DNA of 64,000 nt from a virus, in the IMG/VR virus record IMGVR_UViG_3300022668_000040, positions 12,089 through 76,088 of that record, one strand, 5' to 3'. Below the pieces are notes generated by a model, which saw only the letters and a list, made by a program, of their open reading frames with translations, was not told the DNA's origin and did not search any database. Positions 55,825 to 64,000 of the stretch are shown one piece after another. The position numbers were made by a program, and so were the translations under genes. How positions within the stretch are numbered: position 1 is the first letter of the stretch; each line of letters begins with the position of its first letter.

Positions 55825-58482
55825 TTACCAAAATTTAATGTTATTCAAATTTACTGCCTTGAGTTCAGAAAAATTTCCGCCCTCTTCTCTAACCCTTGAT
55901 ATTTCCGCCTCTATTTCCATAGGAACTAAAAGCCAATCAAATTTATTTTTCAATCCTTCCACAATACCATTGACTCCAGTTAAATAGGTAGATAGCTCAT
56001 CAACAGGGACATCCGCTATCACCGAATCATGTACTTGGCCTATTAATTTTGTTCTTAGCCCATGTTTTTTAATAAATTTTATTACTTGAATCAAAGTGTA
56101 TACAAGGATGTGAAAACTTGTCCCCTGAATAGGGTAATTTGTACACTGCTTTCTATCCATAATTCCCACAAACCTGAAACCAAAGAATGTTTCTATATAT
56201 CCATATTTTTTGTAGAATTCAACAATTTCCTGCTTCCATTTTGTATATCCAGAAAATCTCTCTGTCCACATTTTATGCTCTACATGGGCACAATGCTCTA
56301 AGAAAGATCCTGGGGTGGGTCCATTTGGCCCAATTTCTCCTAATTCAAATATGCCCTTATCAAGTAACCAATCTCGTACAGATATCCCATTAGGCAATTT
56401 CATATCTGTTTCTACACAATTTTCCCATAATTTTTCCCCACAAGAAGAAAACCAATCTCCATAAAATTGTGCAAATGTCCAATTATTTTTTGCAAAAAAT
56501 CTAATATTCTTGCAAATTTTCTTTTGCTCATCTGTATATTCATTTAATGCTGGATCCAGCATATCATTTGGCAACATCCAAATATCGGTGGCATTGTCCC
56601 TGTGCATGTCTGTCGTTGGATCCACCAAATAATTGTAAAAATTTTTATCTTTATGGTAGCACACCGAGGTGATAACTTCTGCTCCAGAAAAGTCAGCTTC
56701 ACATAATACACACCCTGGAGAAGGGATCAGTCCCCTACGTACCCAAGATTTTACTTCAGGGTCACGTTTTGGTAAATTTTGAAAATTTGGTTTTGATGAA
56801 CTTGATCTATAAGTTACTGGAATATGTAAATCAAAAAATGGATGTATTTCTCCATCACATATTTCTCTTCTGAATTGCGCTAAATAAGTACCTCTCGCTT
56901 TATCTAATCTACGAATATTTAACAATTCGTCTGCAAATGGGAGACCTAGCCCAGGCAATGTTTCTTTATCAACCTTATAATTTCCTTTGGGAGTAAATAC
57001 TGGATCTTTTCCCAATACCTCATAAAACAGCAATCCTAGATCTTTGGGGGAAGTTAATTTTATTGGCCTGTCATAAGCTTCTTCAAACTTTCTGGCCTCT
57101 CTCCCCGTCTGCAAATTTTTGGTTAATTTAAGTATTTTTCTATTTATACTTATACTTGTCCTTCTATAATATTTTTCATCTACAGATATTCCTCCCTTTT
57201 GGATAGTACCCATAGCCGATAATCCTTGCATGAATAATTTGTAAGCCCTGCTTAAATTATTCATTTTAGATAAAGCACTTTTTTGTTTTTCATACAGCAT
57301 CCAACCAAATAGACAGTCTAACCCATTATATATCAAAAGATCTTTAAAGGGAGCGTCCTCTACTGTATTAAATTCTCCATTTTTGGAATCTAAGAATTTG
57401 TGTATGTGTTTGTCATAAGGACGTACTCCAAAATTTATAAACGTTTGAAATTTTAATCCCGTGAATGCGCTTCGATTATCCAATATGTGTGCTGCCATCA
57501 TGGTATCCCAATACCATCTTGAAGGGGTACTTCCAATATAAATGGAAGACCAAGCATCCTCAAATTTATAATTGTGGGCCATCTTCAATATCTTTTTATT
57601 AGAAAGAATTTTTTTCCATAAATGTTCTATACTATTAATTTCCGCATGTGTCCAAAAGGATCTCCATTTATATGGGAAAGCATATGCGACTTTTTCCGAT
57701 AGGGCTAGCCCTATCGACACTATCTTATGCCCATTTCTATATGGCTTTAACCCCGTGCCCTCATAGTCAAACATTATCTTTGATTGACGATGAAGTATGC
57801 CTTCTAATAGACGCTCAACACTCTTATACTCTGTTAATACCTGTACCTTCTTTGTGTAATCTATTACAGAGATATCTTCTTTATTGAGAGCTGAAGGTAT
57901 TTTTGCAAAATCTCTGGAAAGTACAGTTTGCAAAATCCCATCTTTGTTTGCTAAAACTGCGTCCGGGTGAATCATAGGGAAAATGTAACACCCTAACTTC
58001 TGATCAGGGATGCATAGTCCACGCCATCTATCCACGGTTCTATTGGAAAAATCTTTTCCAAATAATGAATTTATACCTGTATGTCCAAAAATTATTATTA
58101 TTTTTGGTTTTACTTCTTCTATGGTCTTTTGTACAAAGGGGGAACAGCAATTTATTTCCTTTTGTTTCGGAGCACGTCCCGGAGTACGACAATTAACTGC
58201 ATTTATTATATAACAATCTTTGTGCAAGGATATTCCTATTTTCGCAAATAAATTACGAAGAAGAAATCCTGATTCTTGGGAAAAATGTGTTCCATAATTA
58301 TCCTCCTCACTTTTTGGAAAATCTCCTATAATCAGAATCTTCTTATTTCCCAATCCTGACATTTTCATTTTAGGTGATTCACAATTTTTATATAAGCCAC
58401 ATTTCAGGCAATCTGGCTCTAATTGTGAAGGATCAACAAATATGGATGTTGATTTATCTAGTTCCGAGGAAGAAAAAAACAT
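55825..58482 (-). CDS. polA: Family A DNA polymerase with N-terminal uracil-DNA-glycosylase-like domain and 3'-5' exonuclease
   Basis: C..C.L..C, NAV.CR.P...EI.CC, HP (UDG family 4-like); DYEGTG, HNYKFE, DTM (exo); PNFQNLP, ADFSGAE, NYPIQG, QVHDS (pol). Confidence 0.92.
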   Translation of the reverse strand: MFFSSSELDKSTSIFVDPSQLEPDCLKCGLYKNCESPKMKMSGLGNKKILIIGDFPKSEEDNYGTHFSQESGFLLRNLFAKIGISLHKDCYIINAVNCRTPGRAPKQKEINCCSPFVQKTIEEVKPKIIIIFGHTGINSLFGKDFSNRTVDRWRGLCIPDQKLGCYIFPMIHPDAVLANKDGILQTVLSRDFAKIPSALNKEDISVIDYTKKVQVLTEYKSVERLLEGILHRQSKIMFDYEGTGLKPYRNGHKIVSIGLALSEKVAYAFPYKWRSFWTHAEINSIEHLWKKILSNKKILKMAHNYKFEDAWSSIYIGSTPSRWYWDTMMAAHILDNRSAFTGLKFQTFINFGVRPYDKHIHKFLDSKNGEFNTVEDAPFKDLLIYNGLDCLFGWMLYEKQKSALSKMNNLSRAYKLFMQGLSAMGTIQKGGISVDEKYYRRTSISINRKILKLTKNLQTGREARKFEEAYDRPIKLTSPKDLGLLFYEVLGKDPVFTPKGNYKVDKETLPGLGLPFADELLNIRRLDKARGTYLAQFRREICDGEIHPFFDLHIPVTYRSSSSKPNFQNLPKRDPEVKSWVRRGLIPSPGCVLCEADFSGAEVITSVCYHKDKNFYNYLVDPTTDMHRDNATDIWMLPNDMLDPALNEYTDEQKKICKNIRFFAKNNWTFAQFYGDWFSSCGEKLWENCVETDMKLPNGISVRDWLLDKGIFELGEIGPNGPTPGSFLEHCAHVEHKMWTERFSGYTKWKQEIVEFYKKYGYIETFFGFRFVGIMDRKQCTNYPIQGTSFHILVYTLIQVIKFIKKHGLRTKLIGQVHDSVIADVPVDELSTYLTGVNGIVEGLKNKFDWLLVPMEIEAEISRVREEGGNFSELKAVNLNNIKFW

Positions 58483-58483
58483 A

Positions 58484-59503
58484 TTACCCTTCTTTAATTA
58501 TAGAAGAAACTATAGAAAATTTTTCCGTATCTAAATCTACTCTCACTCTATCAGCAGATATCACAAATGTTGTTGAATACGACAACATATGTTGAAAAAA
58601 TCGGGGATTTATAGAAAATTTTAAAATAGGTCCTGAATAATCTAAGTCGGATGTATGTCGGAATGTGCCTGAAATTGAACGGGAGCGCATGGTCATTTTC
58701 CCATCCTCCAATTCAACGAAAATAATGGGATTTTCTTTTTCTGTAAATAATGCAGCTGTGTTCACATTATCAAGGGATTCCTCAGAAAATTGTACTGTTT
58801 CCCCATCAAATATAAAAAATTTACTAAAATCGGGAAATTCTCCAGAAGTTATTCTCACTGAAAGTATACACCCATCCTCATTTTTAAAGTGTATCCACGC
58901 TTTAGAGATACCAATCTCTACAGGATCTATTGCGGATATATGCTTTACTTCCTTAGCGGGAATTAATAAACTATCCACAAAAGCTGGCCCCTCAAACTCA
59001 GCCCTTGCTATTCGATTATTATCCGATGCCAAAGCTGTATTTCCTTGCACAAAAATATAAGACAAAGTGCTCCCTGTATCTTTCTGTATTGCTGCCTCTG
59101 CGCACATCTCCAAAGATGATACAAAGCTGGTAGAAATCGGAATCCATGTTGTTGATCTTAACGATTTATTAACCATAAGAATTCTTCGTTTCATTTCTTT
59201 ATCCTCAAATAAGGACAATTTTGAAGTAGATTTTTTAGTGCGTATTTCTAAAGTATCTCCTTTTTCTTGTATTAATAGATCCTTCGCAGATAAATTACTG
59301 AGTAAATTATTGAGATCCGTTGCTTTCACTATAGCAGACAAATTCGTGCTTATTGGGTGCCTAACAGTCATTCTATTACTGTAAGACACAATATATTTTC
59401 TATAAAATACATAATTGCCCATCCCTCCAATAGTATCATTAGCTGATACCCCAGGACGAACTTTTTTTACTGCATTTTGTAAAGATTCTTTACTTATTTT
59501 CAC
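58484..59503 (-). CDS. dnaN: DNA sliding clamp (beta/DnaN-like)
   Basis: MKISKESL..A..KV, ASDNNRIA, GEFPDF, INPRFF..ML; 339 aa; upstream of polA. Confidence 0.75.
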   Translation of the reverse strand: MKISKESLQNAVKKVRPGVSANDTIGGMGNYVFYRKYIVSYSNRMTVRHPISTNLSAIVKATDLNNLLSNLSAKDLLIQEKGDTLEIRTKKSTSKLSLFEDKEMKRRILMVNKSLRSTTWIPISTSFVSSLEMCAEAAIQKDTGSTLSYIFVQGNTALASDNNRIARAEFEGPAFVDSLLIPAKEVKHISAIDPVEIGISKAWIHFKNEDGCILSVRITSGEFPDFSKFFIFDGETVQFSEESLDNVNTAALFTEKENPIIFVELEDGKMTMRSRSISGTFRHTSDLDYSGPILKFSINPRFFQHMLSYSTTFVISADRVRVDLDTEKFSIVSSIIKEG

Positions 59504-60623
59504 TATTTGTCTCCCACATATTAATATCGGATTCTGTTAATCTCCATCTATCCTTAGCTTCTTTTGACTTTATATATTGATCGAAAGATATACCAACATA
59601 ACCATGCCGAATAGATTTCATTATCCAAAAAGTTCTAAACGCTTTTGTCAATCTCAACGTCCAATGTTTTCCCACAAAATCTGTTCTTTTATGGAGAGTG
59701 TTTAATGGGCGAAAACATTGAGGATATGCCCTAATTCCCAAAGCCAAGCATTGTTCCATTCTGTAGTTTGCATCATGGGGCTTATCTACAAAGTTGTATA
59801 AAACATAAGCCATAAAGCTCTCTTTGTTTACCCCTTCCTTTTTTAGCAATTTTATGGCTGACTGAAAAGTTCCATCTTCCTCTAATCTATCAAAAGCTGT
59901 ACGCAGCCCATGCCGAACATACTTAACCCTTCCCAATATTTTTGCTATTTCTTTGGTTACAAATTTACAATCTACTCCTTCCAACATTACTTTAATTTTT
60001 CTTTCTAATAAAATATCCACTATGCCTGTTAATCTTTTTGGGTCCATAGAAGAAATATTATTATCCATTATAACTACATTCTTAGTATCAGAATGTAGGT
60101 GATTAAGCCAATTTTTATTATACCATCTATCTTGTTCAATTCTCCAAACTGCGCAGTAAGCGCATCTATTAGGACATCCTCTTGATGTAAATACCCAAGA
60201 GAATCCATCCCACTTATTGTTCCTCGGGATCATCATAGATTTATCAGGAGCTTGGGAATCTAAAATTTTTGAATATCCTTTAAATACAAATACATTACCA
60301 AATTTTTCAAATTGCTCGGGCATTAAAGTAGCGAATACTCCCCCGACTATCACCGGTGTATCAGCATTAAAAAATCCTTTATTTCGTATAATAGAAAACA
60401 CAGTTTCAGAATAATATGTAAACAGTGTGGTTATACATATTAAATCAAACTTTTCAGGAAGAACTGTATTGGAAAATTTTGAAGATATCCCTTTGCTGGT
60501 TAAGTATGTTTTTATTTTAGCTAAAGCTAAAGGTGGATATTTCTTTCGATGATCAGGCTCAACCAAAAGCACATTTTTAGCTCCATTTAATTTCTCAAAT
60601 AGAGTATTTTCATCTATTATCAT
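59490..60623 (-). CDS. Radical SAM enzyme with B12-binding-like N-terminus
   Basis: YPPLAL.KI, VGGVFATL, TSRGCPNRCAYC, MDNN. Confidence 0.85.
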   Translation of the reverse strand: MIIDENTLFEKLNGAKNVLLVEPDHRKKYPPLALAKIKTYLTSKGISSKFSNTVLPEKFDLICITTLFTYYSETVFSIIRNKGFFNADTPVIVGGVFATLMPEQFEKFGNVFVFKGYSKILDSQAPDKSMMIPRNNKWDGFSWVFTSRGCPNRCAYCAVWRIEQDRWYNKNWLNHLHSDTKNVVIMDNNISSMDPKRLTGIVDILLERKIKVMLEGVDCKFVTKEIAKILGRVKYVRHGLRTAFDRLEEDGTFQSAIKLLKKEGVNKESFMAYVLYNFVDKPHDANYRMEQCLALGIRAYPQCFRPLNTLHKRTDFVGKHWTLRLTKAFRTFWIMKSIRHGYVGISFDQYIKSKEAKDRWRLTESDINMWETNSENK

Positions 60624-60630
60624 GATCAAT

Positions 60631-60655
60631 GTACCGGGCAATAATTGCCCGGTAC
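60631..60655. other. Perfect hairpin between the Lys-rich ORF and the radical SAM gene
   Basis: GTACCGGGCA-ATAAT-TGCCCGGTAC. Confidence 0.5.
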
Positions 60656-60664
60656 CCCCCAATC

Positions 60665-61291
60665 TTATTTATTAATTTCAGGGACATGCTTTAACACACA
60701 TACCACAGACGCAACGCTGCTTTTTAATGCCCTTTCTTCCTTTTCTGGAAACTCAGAACGTAATATTTCAACAATATCGGGTGTTTTCCGAGCTATTCCA
60801 GCAGTATATATTTCCACCACTCGCGGAACCAAACCACCACGTTTATTTGTGCGTTCTGTTTTTTTAGGGTCTGTTTTCCGGCTTCCTTTGGGGGATCTTT
60901 TCCGCTGTGCTTTCTTTTCCTCCGAATTTTTAGCGGCTGGTTGCTTTCTCCTCTGTTTTGGTGTGGATTTGGGAGGAGCCTTCTTTCTCTTTGTGGATTT
61001 GGGAGGATTGGTTGAGGAAGATTCTTTTTTATTCTCCTCTTTCTCACTTTCTCTACTTTCCTCACTTTCTTCAGCAGCTATGTACTTGTTGTAAAAATCA
61101 ATTACATCATCAGGGACTACCTCTACCTTCCCAGCCTCATGTAGACTTATGATTGCATCGGCTACACTCTCCATCACTACTTCCAGCTTAACACCAACAA
61201 TCTTAATTTTTGACATGTTCTGATCAGCAAGAACTGGATTTAGTGATTTTACTATTCCCTTCAACATAGGGATCGTTACTGTTGTACTCAT
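60665..61291 (-). CDS. Hypothetical protein with acidic and Lys-rich low-complexity linker
   Basis: AGGAG SD; repeated PPKST, K/R-rich segment. Confidence 0.6.
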   Translation of the reverse strand: MSTTVTIPMLKGIVKSLNPVLADQNMSKIKIVGVKLEVVMESVADAIISLHEAGKVEVVPDDVIDFYNKYIAAEESEESRESEKEENKKESSSTNPPKSTKRKKAPPKSTPKQRRKQPAAKNSEEKKAQRKRSPKGSRKTDPKKTERTNKRGGLVPRVVEIYTAGIARKTPDIVEILRSEFPEKEERALKSSVASVVCVLKHVPEINK

Positions 61292-61330
61292 TTAGTTCTC
61301 CTTAGAATATCCTAATAAATCGTTAATAAG

Positions 61331-61359
61331 ATATTATTAAATTAATATGTGAAAGTCAA
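61331..61359 (-). promoter_or_regulatory. Sigma70-type promoter
   Basis: TTGACT-N17-TAATAT upstream of ATG 61291. Confidence 0.55.
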
Positions 61360-61391
61360 CAAATAAAAACTACATCATTGTGATTAAGCAC

Positions 61392-62337
61392 CTATTTGTA
61401 TTTACTGAATTCTTTTAACTTATCCAGCACAACCATCCCACACTCATTAACTACATCAGGGTTATATCCTCCTTCCAAACAGAAAAGGATGTTACCAAAA
61501 CACACCCTATTTGCAGTAATCATCAAAGTGTGCATTATTTTTTCAAACCCCTTGGTAGTTACTCGCAAACCTCCTAAAGGATCATCCTTATGGAAATCAA
61601 ATCCACAAGATACCAATATAATATTTGGAGCAAATTCGTGCATGTATGGGACCACTATATTCTCTATTGCTGGCAGGTACGCCAAATCATCTGCACCAGT
61701 GTGTAAAGGGATATTGCATGTTGTTCCCCGCCCTTTTCCCTCTCCTATCTCTGTATTTTTTCCGGTGCCTGGATAGCATGGGAAATGATGTAGTGACATG
61801 TAGAATACTTGCTCATCATTATAGAAACTATCTTGTGTACCATTTCCATGATGAGCGTCAAGGTCAAGGATAAATATTTTTTGATCCCCAAAGGTGTTTA
61901 AAATACATTTAGCACCAATTGCTATATTATTAAAAATACAGAATCCTTGCGATTTATTATAAGTTGCATGGTGTCCGGGGGGGCGTACCACACAAAACCC
62001 ATTGACAACTTTTCCAGAGTAAATATCATTTACTCCCTGAATGACTGCACCTACAGCTAACTTGGCACAACTGAATGAGTATTGATTTAGATATATACCA
62101 TCCCTTACTAATTTTTCGTTATATCCTCCATTTTCAATTGCTTTAATCATGCGCTCAGAATGATTAAGCAGCAGGTGCCTTTTTGTAGCTTTTTTTTACC
62201 TCTGGAATATAACATGTGCCAGTATACTTATTCTTAATAGATTCCAATAATGGCTTAATTCTATCAGCGCTATCATACCCGTCTTTAGGGGAATGCAAAA
62301 GGAATCTTTCATCTGTATAAATGCCAGTATTACTCAT
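61392..62337 (-). CDS. Zn-dependent histone deacetylase-family protein; frame break at A8 run 62190-62197
   Basis: RPPGHHA, GFCIFNN, DLDAHHGNGTQ, GFD.H.DDPL, LEGGY; upstream frame MSNTGIYTDERFLLH...RI supplies the family N-terminus. Confidence 0.88.
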
Positions 62338-62597
62338 TATTTTCTCCGTTTCCTTATTGGACGCAATATTTTTCTGCGTTCAGTAGTTTTTGATGTCCTC
62401 ATTTTCTTATTTCCATTCAATCCCCGTTCATTTCCAAATCTAAATGGAAATAAAGGGCATTTGGGAGAAGTACATTTTAATACCTCTCCCAAATGTCCCC
62501 CCATACAATCTACACAAAAGAATCGGATAGCCTTTGCCTTTGTTAAAATTCTTGTTTTATCCTTTCCCGCTACCTTAAACGTATGTTTTATAGCCAA
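62337..62597 (-). CDS. Small Cys-rich basic protein
   Basis: KAIR.FC..C.G....V..C....CPLFPFRFG; AGGAG SD with TTG start. Confidence 0.65.
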   Translation of the reverse strand: MAIKHTFKVAGKDKTRILTKAKAIRFFCVDCMGGHLGEVLKCTSPKCPLFPFRFGNERGLNGNKKMRTSKTTERRKILRPIRKRRK

Positions 62598-62613
62598 AAT
62601 AGTCTCCTATCGT

Positions 62614-62940
62614 TTATAAATCTGCCACATCTTCCATAGCACGTATCTGTCCGAGAACATACCCTAAATCGTATCCTGCATGAAATGTGAGTTTATCCTC
62701 ATTTCCCCTATATCGTTTGGACAACTTACGCTTTTGTTGATGTAATCTTTGAAGTCTACGTTTATATATTTTAACATCACTCAATGTTGAAAAGTGTAGA
62801 TCCATAATGAACTCAAAAACATCTTCCCTCACATAAACAACTTGGTAATCATCAGAGGAAGCATTAACAATTTCCTCTTCCTCATCTTCCATTAAAGAAA
62901 TGAACCCATTAGGGGTTATCTTTACTGCTATCTCATCCAT
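62614..62940 (-). CDS. Hypothetical protein
   Basis: AGGAG SD, coupled. Confidence 0.55.
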   Translation of the reverse strand: MDEIAVKITPNGFISLMEDEEEEIVNASSDDYQVVYVREDVFEFIMDLHFSTLSDVKIYKRRLQRLHQQKRKLSKRYRGNEDKLTFHAGYDLGYVLGQIRAMEDVADL

Positions 62941-63335
62941 TATCGTCTCCTATCTCTATGTTCTACCGATGCTAACCATTTCAAAATAGCTTGATGAAAT
63001 GAATTCCTTCTAAGCATCCCATTCGTTTTATCAGTAATAGGTGATGATAAAACAGCCATTACTGTAGCCATAAGATTATCCAATTCTGTCTCATCCTGAA
63101 TTAATTCCATTACTATGGCGTTAATTGGTAGTGAGAATCGTTTATTTACATTATGTACTAACTCCGGTATATCCGAAAAATCTCCGTATCGGCACCAACA
63201 ATCTAAGCATTTTGCATAATATTTATCATTAGATCTTCTTTTTATAATCCTCATCCTTGCCCCACAAAAAGGGCAAGGCATAAGTCGCTCTGATTCCGTA
63301 ATGACGTAATTTGTATTTTGGGAAATCATTGGCAT
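62940..63335 (-). CDS. Lar-like (restriction alleviation) zinc-ribbon protein
   Basis: L.PCPFCG....C..C....NKR pattern. Confidence 0.5.
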   Translation of the reverse strand: MPMISQNTNYVITESERLMPCPFCGARMRIIKRRSNDKYYAKCLDCWCRYGDFSDIPELVHNVNKRFSLPINAIVMELIQDETELDNLMATVMAVLSSPITDKTNGMLRRNSFHQAILKWLASVEHRDRRR

Positions 63336-63339
63336 CTAC

Positions 63340-63567
63340 TTAATTTATTGGGATTAGTACAACACATGGATCGGTCTTCACCACACTATCTGTACCCATG
63401 TTTTTCTGAAAAACATCTCCTGACCAAGTATTTTTGGCATGATAAAATCGATCATCTTCAATAGATTCTATTGGTGAATGGTTATTTCCCTCAGAATCTT
63501 TTGATAAAATAACCAAAGCATTAGGATCTGCTCTACTTAATAATTCCAATAAAGTTTTTACCCTCAT
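63340..63567 (-). CDS. Hypothetical protein
   Basis: M.VK.L.ELL...DP...V....D.EGN..P pattern common in phage ORFs. Confidence 0.55.
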   Translation of the reverse strand: MRVKTLLELLSRADPNALVILSKDSEGNNHSPIESIEDDRFYHAKNTWSGDVFQKNMGTDSVVKTDPCVVLIPIN

Positions 63568-63568
63568 G

Positions 63569-63874
63569 CTATTCTCCCAAACTATTAAAACATTCTATAC
63601 ACAAAAGTGTGGCACATACGATCAGGGACTCATCCTTACTTACGCATGCTATCCTTTTGTTATTTGCTCCTAAAGTTGTCTTACACATATTCTGCCCTAC
63701 TTTCAATGGACCATCAGGCACTTTAATATTTCCTTCAATTGCTCTAAAATTACCTGCATGTGCGTGCATGTACCCACATTTATCACACACGTACATTTTT
63801 ACAGTAGACACATACTCTGTATCTTTTTCAATATTCCTTTTAGCTAGATCTTCCTTTGTTGATCCTTTTATCAT
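63569..63874 (-). CDS. Hypothetical zinc-binding protein
   Basis: CDKCG...CIEC; GAGGAG SD before ATG 63874. Confidence 0.55.
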   Translation of the reverse strand: MIKGSTKEDLAKRNIEKDTEYVSTVKMYVCDKCGYMHAHAGNFRAIEGNIKVPDGPLKVGQNMCKTTLGANNKRIACVSKDESLIVCATLLCIECFNSLGE

Positions 63875-64000
63875 CGTCTTGCTCCTCAATTATTAGAAAG
63901 TAACTCAGTTCTGAGTTCTTCCGCCATCTGTAAAAAGGTCAAATAACTCTTCTTTTCCCATCCATCCGGCTTTTCCTTAACGGCTTCAGTGAATTTTTCG

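Noticed and set aside
34303-58482. SPO1-like hydroxymethyluracil DNA pathway
   Set aside because: dCMP deaminase, dNMP kinase and UDG-PolA are present, but the synthase is ThyX and no dUMP hydroxymethylase is visible in this window
1-64000. Stop-codon reassignment or selenocysteine recoding
   Set aside because: Long genes are intact in the standard code and TAA, TAG and TGA all end coupled genes; the few breaks are at poly-A runs

Overview
64 kb of an AT-rich, long-tailed (siphovirus-type) dsDNA bacteriophage; no integrase or block of host genes is visible. Positions 1-31.8 kb (+ strand) hold the tail and lysis modules: tail completion genes, tail tube, a frameshifted tail chaperone pair, a 2695-aa tape measure, tail tip proteins, a 2.2-kaa LamG/DUF2341-like adhesin and a SleB-type cell wall hydrolase. 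Positions 31.8-64 kb (- strand) hold replication, recombination and nucleotide genes: ThyX, dNMP kinase, a split SbcC flanking SbcD, HU, ATP-dependent ligase, endonuclease VII, dCMP deaminase, 5'-3' exonuclease, RecA, SSB, clamp loader, a UDG-fused PolA, a beta clamp, a radical SAM enzyme and an HDAC-family deacetylase. The standout is 44.27-48.09 kb. A sigma70-type promoter precedes about 1.5 kb of structured non-coding RNA that runs into a Ro60/TROVE gene, followed by a tRNA(CAU). The array holds four Y-RNA-like units sharing a bulged-C Ro-binding helix and a UUAUC/UUAC motif. Two carry different circularly permuted tRNA domains (YrlA type); two are about 60-nt minimal forms resembling animal Y RNAs/sbRNAs. 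All calls come from reading motifs by eye; no database search was run.
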